Positions 39,049 to 48,014 of a stretch of DNA of 50,800 nt are shown piece by piece. The DNA comes from an uncultured Muribaculaceae bacterium (GTDB taxonomy: Bacteria; Bacillota_I; Bacilli_A; RF39; UBA660), in assembly GCA_964629735.1 (NCBI GenBank), contig CAZVQX010000004.1, forward strand, positions 1 through 50,800, read 5' to 3'. Below the pieces are notes generated by a model. It made no database searches. It saw only the letters and a program-made list of their open reading frames with translations, and was not told where the DNA came from. Positions within the stretch are counted from its first letter, which is position 1. The number at the start of each line of letters is the position of its first letter. The translations under genes were made by a program, and so were the position numbers.

Positions 39049-39731
39049 GATTTTTCATTGGACAATTTATCAGAGTTTTCTGCAATATAACTCATTATAA
39101 AACTTATTTTTTCTTCTGGTTTTTTTATCGTTTTAACTATACGACAAAAATTCGAATCAATAGATGCTATATTATTTATTTTTTTTAAATTATTTTTAAT
39201 ATATTTAACAAAATTCCTTTTTTCCATTCTATTAATTTGTCTTTTCGTAAAAAAATAATTTTTATCCAAATATTTAATATCAAAAAAATTTTCATTAGAA
39301 AGAATAGAACCGTCAACTGGTGATTCGTATAATATTCTGTCCGGCTTACATGATGTTTTTACTATTATACTACGATCAATTAGATTATTAGTATATATAA
39401 ATTTATTTGTAATTAAATCATAACCTTCTCTTGTAAACAATATATTTGATGTAATATTATGTTTTAAAAACTTTTCATATTCAAAATTATTTGGTAATGA
39501 TTTAAATTTATAGTTAGTAATTAGTTTTCTAGCTATTACTAACCAATCAACATATTCCATACCACTTAGAGTAGATTGTTCATCTTTTAATTTTCCTAAA
39601 ACAACATAATCTTTCTTATTATTTTTTACAAATTCATGCATAATAACAATTTCCTTATGACCACCTTGGACAAAACACACTTGAGCTATATCCTCGTTAG
39701 AAATATTTCGATAATTAACACTCTTCATCAT
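39033..39731 (-). CDS. Hypothetical protein (232 aa), no recognisable motif
   Basis: Good RBS (AGGTGG, 9 nt upstream), its own terminator, and basic/Asn-rich composition. Confidence 0.55.
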   Translation of the reverse strand: MMKSVNYRNISNEDIAQVCFVQGGHKEIVIMHEFVKNNKKDYVVLGKLKDEQSTLSGMEYVDWLVIARKLITNYKFKSLPNNFEYEKFLKHNITSNILFTREGYDLITNKFIYTNNLIDRSIIVKTSCKPDRILYESPVDGSILSNENFFDIKYLDKNYFFTKRQINRMEKRNFVKYIKNNLKKINNIASIDSNFCRIVKTIKKPEEKISFIMSYIAENSDKLSNEKSKAIR

Positions 39732-39784
39732 ATAATATAACCACCTAAGTTAATAATAGCATAAATTATTATATTTGTAAAATA

Positions 39785-39816
39785 AAACCACAATAATGAG
39801 CCCATTACTGTGGTTT
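39785..39816 (-). terminator. Intrinsic terminator after rpoE
   Basis: aaaccacaataatg ... cattactgtggttt forms a 14-bp stem with one mismatch. Confidence 0.6.
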
Positions 39817-39821
39817 AAATG

Positions 39822-40256
39822 TTACATTTCCAACTCTTCATCATCAACAATTGTTAAATCATCAATTTCATCATCTAATTCATCATCTAAATCATTATCT
39901 AGTTCATCGTCGAGTTCTTCATCATTATCAAGATTCTCTTCAACATCTTCTTCCGTTTCAAAAAAATCAACATCTTCATCATCTTCATCATCTTCAAATA
40001 AATTAATCGAATGTTTTTCTCTTAAATCCCATTCATTATTCTCCAATAATATAAATCTTTTATCAATTGTTAATGAAGTATAAAAATCACCAATACCATC
40101 AACATATTGCTCATCACTATAATCTAATAAGTCACATATTGTTTTAAAAATAACTGATGTATTCATTGCCAATTTATTTTCTTTTAATATCATATATGTT
40201 AAATCAGTATATGAAAGAAGTTCAAGTTCTTCCACGCTCATGTCGTTTAACTTCAT
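39822..40256 (-). CDS. rpoE: RNA polymerase delta subunit
   Basis: The N-terminal HARE-HTH-like domain (SYTDLTYMILKE ... FYTSLTIDKRF) is followed by a long Asp/Glu tail. Confidence 0.85.
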   Translation of the reverse strand: MKLNDMSVEELELLSYTDLTYMILKENKLAMNTSVIFKTICDLLDYSDEQYVDGIGDFYTSLTIDKRFILLENNEWDLREKHSINLFEDDEDDEDVDFFETEEDVEENLDNDEELDDELDNDLDDELDDEIDDLTIVDDEELEM

Positions 40257-40268
40257 AGCTATCCCCCT

Positions 40269-41954
40269 CTACATTTCTTCAGGAACATCAATCCCTAATA
40301 AATTCATACCCTCTTTTAATATTATTGAAACTATTTCACAAATACTTAATCTAAATTGAGTTTTTTCTATATCTTGATCAATTATTTTTTCAAATGCATA
40401 AAATTTATTAAAATCACGTGCGAGCTCAATTATATATTTAGCAATTTCAGATGGATCATAATTTTCTTTTGCACGAACTACTACATTTGGAAAATCGTAT
40501 AATTTAAAAATCAAATTCCATGTATACTCATTAATCTCAATATCATTATAATTAATTTCTAAATTTTGTTTATATTTTAATAATGATTTAATTCTCGCAT
40601 ATGTATATTGAATATATGGCCCGGTCTCACCTTCAAATTTTAATATATCGTCTAAATTAAAATCAATATCGCTAGTTCGGTAATTTTTTAAATCATTGAA
40701 GATTACCGCACCGACCCCAATCTGACAACTAACTTTATCTTTGTTTAATAATTTGGGGCTTCTCTCCTCAATATATTTTTTAGCTAAATTAACAGCTTCA
40801 ACCAAGACATCATGTAATTTTACACTTTTACCCTGACGTGTTGACATTTTTTTACCGTCTTGTAATATTAAACCAAAACCTATATGATGAATATCCTTAC
40901 TCCATTCATATCCCATTTTATCCAAAACCAATTTTAGTTGTGAAAAATGCAAGGTTTGTTCATTACCAACAACATAAAGTGCTTCATCAAAATCATAATT
41001 GTTCTTTCGATAAAAAGCGGCGGCTAAATCTCTTGTTATATATAAAGTTGCACCATCACTTCTTTGAACTAAAGCGGGAGGCATGTCATCACCTAATCTT
41101 ACAACGTATGCACCTTCACTTAATTCTAATAAATTTTTTGAAAACAACTCTTTTATAACTGGTTCCATTTTATCATTATAAAAAGATTCACCGGTATTAT
41201 AATCAAATTTATTAACACCTAATAAATCATATGTTTTTTCAAATTCTTTCAACGATTCATTTTTAAACCAATCCCATAATCTTAAACATTCAGGATCCCC
41301 ATCTTCCAATTTTTTAAAATTTCTACGTCCTTCATCTTCTAATTCTGGACTGTTTTCAACCTCTTGATGAAATTTAACATATAATCTTGTTAATTCATCA
41401 ATTGGATTTGACTTTACTTTTTCTTCGTCACCCCATTTTTGATAAGCATAAATAAGTTTACCAAATTGAGTTCCCCAATCGCCTAAATGATTAATCCCTA
41501 TTACCTTATAACCATTCTTTTCGCATATGTTTTTTAGCGCATTACCAATAACTGTACTTCTTAAATGACCAACACCAAATGGCTTAGCAATATTAGGCGA
41601 AGAATAATCAATAACAATTGTTTTTCCTGTGCCAATATTATTCGAACCATAATTATTTTTATTATCTAATATAACATTAATAACATATTCAGAAACGATT
41701 TTTTTATTAACTAAAATATTTAAATAACCATTTACTACATTAACCGTCTCGTATATTTCGCCTTTTAAATTTTCTTTTATTAAATTAGCAATATCATTTG
41801 GACTTTTTCTCATTACCTTAGAATATGGAAAACACGGCAATGCATAATCACCTAGTTTTCGATCTCTAGGAGTCTCAATTAATATATTTTCTAGCTCGAT
41901 ATATTCCTTTAATATTTCATGTATATCTTTTTGAATTATTTGTTTTAAATTCAT
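40269..41954 (-). CDS. argS: Arginyl-tRNA synthetase
   Basis: SSPNIAKPFGVGHLRS (HIGH region), an MSTR(Q)GK-type loop (KMSTRQGKSV), and a DALR anticodon-binding domain. Confidence 0.95.
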   Translation of the reverse strand: MNLKQIIQKDIHEILKEYIELENILIETPRDRKLGDYALPCFPYSKVMRKSPNDIANLIKENLKGEIYETVNVVNGYLNILVNKKIVSEYVINVILDNKNNYGSNNIGTGKTIVIDYSSPNIAKPFGVGHLRSTVIGNALKNICEKNGYKVIGINHLGDWGTQFGKLIYAYQKWGDEEKVKSNPIDELTRLYVKFHQEVENSPELEDEGRRNFKKLEDGDPECLRLWDWFKNESLKEFEKTYDLLGVNKFDYNTGESFYNDKMEPVIKELFSKNLLELSEGAYVVRLGDDMPPALVQRSDGATLYITRDLAAAFYRKNNYDFDEALYVVGNEQTLHFSQLKLVLDKMGYEWSKDIHHIGFGLILQDGKKMSTRQGKSVKLHDVLVEAVNLAKKYIEERSPKLLNKDKVSCQIGVGAVIFNDLKNYRTSDIDFNLDDILKFEGETGPYIQYTYARIKSLLKYKQNLEINYNDIEINEYTWNLIFKLYDFPNVVVRAKENYDPSEIAKYIIELARDFNKFYAFEKIIDQDIEKTQFRLSICEIVSIILKEGMNLLGIDVPEEM

Positions 41955-42325
41955 TTTATCACCTCATATACTAATTTAAATTTAAACAAATCAATTTCTT
42001 CATTATTCATTTTTAACAAATATTTTATTATTATATTATTATTTGAATTTTTTAATTCTACAGTTTTAATTTCAAGTGGGATTTGATAATTTAGTTTTTT
42101 TATATTATAAACACCTTTCGTTTTTTTATTTAATTGAAAGTCAAAATCAATTGTATAGTCTTCTGACCGCCGAGTCAACAATATTTTATTATCGAATTGT
42201 AAAAGGGTGACCATCACATCTTCTTCTTTATAAGTTATTTTATTATCAATTATAACGCCTAAAGTTTGAAAAGAAGTTTCTTCTTCGCATGTTTTCAAAC
42301 TTGTATTTAACTTAATTTTCGACAT
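41951..42325 (-). CDS. DUF1934 (YwiB-like) beta-barrel protein
   Basis: 124 aa, immediately upstream of argS and overlapping it (ATGA). This matches the conserved ywiB-argS arrangement in Bacillota. Confidence 0.65.
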   Translation of the reverse strand: MSKIKLNTSLKTCEEETSFQTLGVIIDNKITYKEEDVMVTLLQFDNKILLTRRSEDYTIDFDFQLNKKTKGVYNIKKLNYQIPLEIKTVELKNSNNNIIIKYLLKMNNEEIDLFKFKLVYEVIK

Positions 42326-42430
42326 TTTTTCCTCTTTCCATTAACTGAATGTAATTATAGCATAATTTATATGAAATTGCACTTATAAATTATCAAAAAA
42401 TTCTAATACTAAATTTAGTGGGTGATTATA

Positions 42431-44431
42431 TTGAAAAAATTAAATAGAATTAAAAATTTAATGATTATTTGCTTATTTATATTTGGTTTTAGTTATGTTG
42501 GAATCTATACATATGCTTGGTTAAATCCTAAACTACAAATTAATAAAACTAATCACTTCTATTTATATGATAATAATAACATATTATATACAAACTCTAA
42601 CGCTAAAGATTGGGTTAATTTAAAAGATATATCACCACATTTAATTAATGCTACGATTTCTATAGAAGACAAACGTTTTTTTAAACATCATGGTTTTGAT
42701 TTTCCAAGAATTGCAAAAGCTTTATATATTAATCTCAAATATCAAGAAAAGTTAGAAGGTGCATCAACAATTACTCAACAATATGCCAAAAATCTTTTTT
42801 TAGACTTTGGGAAAACATGGGGAAGAAAACTTGAAGAAGCGTGGCTGACAATGCGTCTAGAAACACATTATAATAAAGATGAGATATTAGAGGGCTATTT
42901 AAACACTATTAATTATGGTGGTGTCTTTGGAATTGAAAATGCCTCTCATTATTATTTCAATAAAAGTGCGAAAGATTTAACCCTATCGGAAGCTACTATT
43001 TTAGCCGGAATACCCAAAGCACCAACTTATTATTCCCCTTTTTCTAGTGAAGATAATGCTAAAAATAGGCAAAGTATTATTTTAAATTCTATGGTTAGAA
43101 ACAAATATATAAGTGAACAAGAAAAAAATAATGCTTTAGAGGAAATATTAGTATATCATAGTGGTGAAGATGAAAAAAAATTAATAACCTTAATGTATTA
43201 TCAAGATGCAGTTATTAATGAATTACAAACAATTAAATCAATACCACCCTCTTTTTTAAAAACGGGTGGATTAAAAATATATACCAACCTTGATATGAAA
43301 GCACAGACGATTATGGATGATAGTATTAAAAAAAATTTTAAAGAAACAGCCGATTTACAAGTTGCTACTATCGCTATGGTTCCAAACAGTGGTAAGATTA
43401 TTGCTCTAGCCGGAGGAACTGATTACTCAAAAAGTCAATATAATAGGGCAATTTCTTCTAAACGACCAGTTGGCTCCTCAATGAAACCTTTCTTATATTA
43501 TGCTGCTTTAGAAAACGGGTTTACACCTTCAACTACTTTTATAAGTGAAAAAACAACCTTTACTTTTGCCGAAGATAAAACTTATAGTCCTCAAAATTAT
43601 GCCAATATTTATGGGAATAAACAAATCAGTATGGCTGCAGCTTTAACATATTCAGATAATATATACGCAGTTAAAACCCACTTATTCTTAGGTGAAGATA
43701 CTTTAGTTGATATTTCTAAAAGACTTGGAATAAAATCAACACTACCACCAGTCCCCTCTTTAGCACTAGGCTCTGCCGAAATAAATATAATGGAAATGGT
43801 TCAAGCTTATAGTGCATTTGCAAATGAAGGATATAAAGTTGAACCATATTTCATTGAAAAAATTGAAGATGTTAACGGAAATGTATTGTATAAACATCAG
43901 AAAACACCAGAAAATATCTTAAATAAAAGTATTGTTTTTATATTAAATGAGATGATGGCCAACTGCTATTCACAAGAGTTTATTGATTATACATATCCTA
44001 CTTGTATTAATATCGGACCACGTCTTTCTAAAAAATATGCTATTAAAACAGGTACTACTGATAATGACCATATTATTATCGGTTTTAATAAAGATTTAGT
44101 AGTTGGTGTTTGGACTGGTTATGACAACAATAAACCAACATCTAGTTCTAACAATGTTTATAGTAAATATGTTTGGGTTGATATTATGGAAAAGTATCTT
44201 CCTAATAAAAATTCTTGGTATTCAATACCCAAAAATGTTGTCGGAGTTATGATTGATCCTATAAGTGGTAAATTAGCTAATAATAATACAAAAAAGCGCA
44301 AAATAATGTATTATATAAAAGGAACCGAACCATACGATGAAACACAAGAATTTGATAATTTAATACCTACAATAAAGAATAATAATAAATTTAAACCCCT
44401 CGGCTTTAAAACCGAGGGGCTCACAAATTAA
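42431..44431 (+). CDS. Class A penicillin-binding protein (glycosyltransferase GT51 plus transpeptidase)
   Basis: EDKRFFKHHG and GASTITQQ (GT51), plus SSMKP (SxxK), SDN and KTGT (transpeptidase). The probable start is TTG 42431, 5 nt after GGGTGA; the ORF is open from GTG 42422. Confidence 0.9.
   Translation: MKKLNRIKNLMIICLFIFGFSYVGIYTYAWLNPKLQINKTNHFYLYDNNNILYTNSNAKDWVNLKDISPHLINATISIEDKRFFKHHGFDFPRIAKALYINLKYQEKLEGASTITQQYAKNLFLDFGKTWGRKLEEAWLTMRLETHYNKDEILEGYLNTINYGGVFGIENASHYYFNKSAKDLTLSEATILAGIPKAPTYYSPFSSEDNAKNRQSIILNSMVRNKYISEQEKNNALEEILVYHSGEDEKKLITLMYYQDAVINELQTIKSIPPSFLKTGGLKIYTNLDMKAQTIMDDSIKKNFKETADLQVATIAMVPNSGKIIALAGGTDYSKSQYNRAISSKRPVGSSMKPFLYYAALENGFTPSTTFISEKTTFTFAEDKTYSPQNYANIYGNKQISMAAALTYSDNIYAVKTHLFLGEDTLVDISKRLGIKSTLPPVPSLALGSAEINIMEMVQAYSAFANEGYKVEPYFIEKIEDVNGNVLYKHQKTPENILNKSIVFILNEMMANCYSQEFIDYTYPTCINIGPRLSKKYAIKTGTTDNDHIIIGFNKDLVVGVWTGYDNNKPTSSSNNVYSKYVWVDIMEKYLPNKNSWYSIPKNVVGVMIDPISGKLANNNTKKRKIMYYIKGTEPYDETQEFDNLIPTIKNNNKFKPLGFKTEGLTN
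44396..44419. terminator. GC-rich hairpin terminator embedded in the last codons of the PBP gene
   Basis: cccctcgg-ctttaaaa-ccgagggg. On the reverse strand it is followed by UUUAAAUUU and lies 17 nt past the DUF1450 stop codon. Confidence 0.65.
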
Positions 44432-44435
44432 AATT

Positions 44436-44648
44436 TTATATAACTTTTTTAATTTTTTTCAATAAATCATCTAAGTTAATTGCTTGAACAGGTTTATGAT
44501 TAACAAGTGCAAAAAATTGATTTTTACTAATTCCACAATTATTGTGGCACCCTACCTCAATAGTAGCATTTAGCCTATTTAGCTGTGGTAATAATTTCTC
44601 AATATTATTATTTAAACATTTATCGCAAATTTGAATTTTATTTTTCAT
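44436..44648 (-). CDS. DUF1450 (YuzB-like) small Cys-rich protein
   Basis: ICDKC ... EVGCHNNCGIS ... FALVNHKPV parallels my recollection of YuzB (EFC ... GCLTHCGIC ... YALVNG). Confidence 0.65.
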   Translation of the reverse strand: MKNKIQICDKCLNNNIEKLLPQLNRLNATIEVGCHNNCGISKNQFFALVNHKPVQAINLDDLLKKIKKVI

Positions 44649-45213
44649 CTTTAATAACCATAACTAAATCACCTTGCTTTATTAAATGAGCGTTGGCATC
44701 ATCTACATCAATATGTAATTCCCAACTGTAACTATCAGATATTTTTAAAAAAACATTATCTAAAATTCCTCCCTTAACACCACGCACTTTAACTTTAACT
44801 TTATCAATATTTTCCAAACCATATTTTTGCATATCTTCATTCGTTAAATGAATGTGGCGATTAGCAATAATGCAACCTTCTGTTAAGTCAACCCGACCTT
44901 TAGGGCCTATGATTGTAATAGAACTAGAATCATCTAAAACACCCGAATCACGAACTGGTGGATTGAGTCCTAGTTTAATTGCATCAGACCTAGATATTTC
45001 TACTTGTGTGTAATTACGAACAGGCCCTAAAACTCGCACATTTTTTATTTCTGCTTTTTCAGTTTTTATAATAACTAGCTCATTAGACGCATATTGACCT
45101 TGTTGGGATAAATCTTTAAATTTTGTTAAATCATAATTATTACCAAACAATATATCTAAGTGTTCTCTTGTTAGATGGACATGTCTTGCCGAAACACCAA
45201 CTGGAATTTTCAT
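44638..45213 (-). CDS. pduL: Phosphate propanoyltransferase / PduL-type phosphotransacylase
   Basis: Duplicated motif VGVSARHVHLTREHLDILFG and IANRHIHLTNEDMQKYG. Confidence 0.88.
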   Translation of the reverse strand: MKIPVGVSARHVHLTREHLDILFGNNYDLTKFKDLSQQGQYASNELVIIKTEKAEIKNVRVLGPVRNYTQVEISRSDAIKLGLNPPVRDSGVLDDSSSITIIGPKGRVDLTEGCIIANRHIHLTNEDMQKYGLENIDKVKVKVRGVKGGILDNVFLKISDSYSWELHIDVDDANAHLIKQGDLVMVIKDEK

Positions 45214-45224
45214 TAAACCCCTCC

Positions 45225-46406
45225 CTATTTTAATCCTTTTAACCCTTTTCCACCTTTTAATCCATTAAAATTACTTAAAATATTAGTTTCAAAAGAATAG
45301 ATTTTTTTGCTTTTATTTTTAAAATCTTTAATAGCTAAAGAAATCATTTCATCTAATAATTGTTTATAATTTTTTCCTGTTTCTTTCCATAAATAAAACG
45401 ATAGCGAACCAGGAATTGTATTTGGTTCATTTACATATACTTTGCTTTTCTTTTTATCTATTAAAAAATCAATACGAGCCACCCCGCTTAAATTCATTAT
45501 TTTGAAAGTATCAATAGCTAATGCTTGTACTTCGTTCATTAATTTATCATTAATACGCGCTGGAATAACTCGATTAGTTGCAGCCATTCCTTTTGTAGTG
45601 TTTCCTTTTTGTTTTCCTATGTATTTATCTGCATATGTTAAAAACTCCTCGGTACTTATCACTTCTTCAATAACACTGGCTTCTTGATAATTATAATTAC
45701 CCAAAACACTACAATTCACTTCCACTAAATTATGAATTAATTTTTCAACTACTATTTTAGTATCGTATTTTATCGCCTCATTAATTGCCTTCTCAATTTC
45801 TTCGGCTGTTTTTACAACAGTTATACCAACACTACTTCCTAATGTTGCCGGTTTAACAATAACAGGATATCCTATTTTTTTTATTGCCTTTAATATTTCC
45901 TCTTGATTGGCAAAATAATTAGCATCATAAAACCATGTATAAGGAACTATTGGCAATTCATTCGCACTCATTATTTGCTTCATAACAACTTTATCTTGTC
46001 CTATTGCTGAACCCAATACTTTACTACCAACATATGGAATTCCTAGTGTTTCTAAATACCCTTGGAGTGTTCCATCCTCGGCATTATTCCCATGAACAAT
46101 TGGAAATGCAATATCAATTGTTTCAACTTCTTTTTTAAAAAGCCCCAGTGACTGCAATACAAAATCACCATTCTTTTTATATAAAACAACTTTTTTAGCG
46201 TACCTTTTTAAACTATCAAAATCCTTATATACATCAATATCCATTAACATTTTACCAGTATACCAAACACGATCTTTTGTTATGTATATAGGTATTATTT
46301 CATATTTTTCTTGATCCATACTTTTCATTGCTTGAACAGCTGATATAATGCTTACTTCATGTTCAACTGTTTCACCACCAAATATTACTCCAACTTTAAT
46401 TTTCAT
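45225..46406 (-). CDS. ddl: D-alanine--D-alanine ligase family ATP-grasp enzyme (long, atypical form)
   Basis: GGETVEHEVSIISA, EDGTLQGYLETLGIPYVGS, IVKPATLGSSVGI and ARIDFLID...NEPNTIPG. At 393 aa it is longer than usual, with an extra loop after the DKY Tyr and a GLKGGKGLKGLK tail. Confidence 0.85.
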   Translation of the reverse strand: MKIKVGVIFGGETVEHEVSIISAVQAMKSMDQEKYEIIPIYITKDRVWYTGKMLMDIDVYKDFDSLKRYAKKVVLYKKNGDFVLQSLGLFKKEVETIDIAFPIVHGNNAEDGTLQGYLETLGIPYVGSKVLGSAIGQDKVVMKQIMSANELPIVPYTWFYDANYFANQEEILKAIKKIGYPVIVKPATLGSSVGITVVKTAEEIEKAINEAIKYDTKIVVEKLIHNLVEVNCSVLGNYNYQEASVIEEVISTEEFLTYADKYIGKQKGNTTKGMAATNRVIPARINDKLMNEVQALAIDTFKIMNLSGVARIDFLIDKKKSKVYVNEPNTIPGSLSFYLWKETGKNYKQLLDEMISLAIKDFKNKSKKIYSFETNILSNFNGLKGGKGLKGLK

Positions 46407-46417
46407 AAATTCACTCC

Positions 46418-48013
46418 CTATTCATTAAATATATCTGGTAAATCATTTTCTAATAAGACATATGTCTCTTTACCTTGTAACTTTTGTATTAATATAAATG
46501 CATCTTTAACATCATTTAATATGTGGATATTGTTTTCTTTATATTGTTTAGAAATTAATCCCTCATAAATCGGTTTAGTTTGCTCAGGACCTACTAAAAT
46601 AACTTCGTCGGCAACACCAGCTATATATACTCCAAATTCTTTATTTAAACGATACTGTTCATTACCTAAATCAATCATACCAGGGGTTACTACTATTTTT
46701 TTCCCCGGCATCATAGATAAAACATCAATAGCCATTTTTGAACCAACTGGGTTAGAATTATAAGCATCATCTATTATATTAATCTTCCCATATTTTTTTA
46801 ATTCTAAACGATGCGGAATCGCATTTACTGATTTTACACCTTGTTGTAATTGTGGAATCGTTAATCCAAATTCTCGACCTAAAGCAATTCCGGCCAAAAT
46901 ATTATATATATTTGCTTTACCTAATAATCTAGTTTCAAATTTATATAATTTTTTATCATTTTTAAATTTAACATCAAAAGTTGTTCCTTTATAAGTTAAT
47001 TTAATATTAGTCGCCCATACGTCAACACCCTTATTATCAATTCCTATCCAAATAATACGGCAATTATTTTTAAGCTTATAGTCCACTTGATATTCATCAT
47101 CACGATTTAAAATTCCAACGCCATCTTTTGGTAACGATTCAATAAGCTCGAATTTACCTTTTTGAATATTTTCGCGACTACCAAACGTTTCTAAATGGGC
47201 AACACCTATTTTAGTAATAATTCCATATTTTGGTTTCATTAAATCGCATATTTCTTTTATTTCGCCTTTTCTGAAAGCACCCATCTCGGCAATAAAAACG
47301 TCACTAAACTTATCTAAATAATTATTAATAGAATTAATTAGACCATATGTAGTATTAAAATTTTTAGGTGTTGCAAATGAATTATATTTAATATTTAATA
47401 TATCATTTAAAATGTTTTTACTACTTGTCTTACCATAACTTCCGGTAATACCTACAACCTTCATCGTATTCATATTTTTTAATTTGCGAATAGCTAATCG
47501 TCGATAATAATTAAAAACTTGCTTTTCCACAGGTTTATTAATAATATTTGCTATCCAAACTAGTAAAAAAGTTATAAAAACTTGGATAGAAACCATCAAA
47601 TAATAGTATCCTATATTTTGTTGGTTGTATTTGTAAATAATTAAGAATAATACAATACCATAAATTATAAATAAAGTTGTTATTAATCTTTTAATTCTAC
47701 TAGTTACAACTAACGGTTTTTTTGATTGTTCTTCTTTTAGTTCTCTATAATATTTTAAAAATAAAGAAAAATAAAGAATTGAATATACCCAAACTGATAA
47801 TTTTAAATTAACAAAAGTTAAACCAAACGTTAAAATCATAATAATTAACTCGATAAAACTAAATGATTTTTTTCGATTACTTCTCACCCATTTTAAATAT
47901 CTATTACCATCGTTATACCAATTTTGTTGTAACATATGAAGAGATTTTTTTAACCTTAATATTAAATATAAATATAATGATATTAATGATAATAAAAAGA
48001 ATTTCAATTCCAT
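46418..48013 (-). CDS. MurF-like Mur ligase with a ~175-aa N-terminal polytopic membrane domain
   Basis: The N-terminus has 4-5 hydrophobic helices. These are followed by ITGSYGKTSSKN (P-loop), DDAYNSNPVGSKMAIDVL, and TPGMIDLG in place of the MurF GDMLELG. Confidence 0.8.
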   Translation of the reverse strand: MELKFFLLSLISLYLYLILRLKKSLHMLQQNWYNDGNRYLKWVRSNRKKSFSFIELIIMILTFGLTFVNLKLSVWVYSILYFSLFLKYYRELKEEQSKKPLVVTSRIKRLITTLFIIYGIVLFLIIYKYNQQNIGYYYLMVSIQVFITFLLVWIANIINKPVEKQVFNYYRRLAIRKLKNMNTMKVVGITGSYGKTSSKNILNDILNIKYNSFATPKNFNTTYGLINSINNYLDKFSDVFIAEMGAFRKGEIKEICDLMKPKYGIITKIGVAHLETFGSRENIQKGKFELIESLPKDGVGILNRDDEYQVDYKLKNNCRIIWIGIDNKGVDVWATNIKLTYKGTTFDVKFKNDKKLYKFETRLLGKANIYNILAGIALGREFGLTIPQLQQGVKSVNAIPHRLELKKYGKINIIDDAYNSNPVGSKMAIDVLSMMPGKKIVVTPGMIDLGNEQYRLNKEFGVYIAGVADEVILVGPEQTKPIYEGLISKQYKENNIHILNDVKDAFILIQKLQGKETYVLLENDLPDIFNE

Positions 48014-48014
48014 A

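Noticed and set aside
39796-40083. A 95-aa Ser-rich ORF on the plus strand.
   Set aside because: It is the antisense reading of the GAT/GAA-rich acidic tail of rpoE. It is low-complexity, has no RBS and is fully contained in a well-supported gene.
42326-42421. A possible T-box or other leader upstream of the DUF1934-argS operon.
   Set aside because: The divergent intergenic region is only 96 nt and contains no GGUGGUACCGCG-like T-box sequence or terminator/antiterminator pair.
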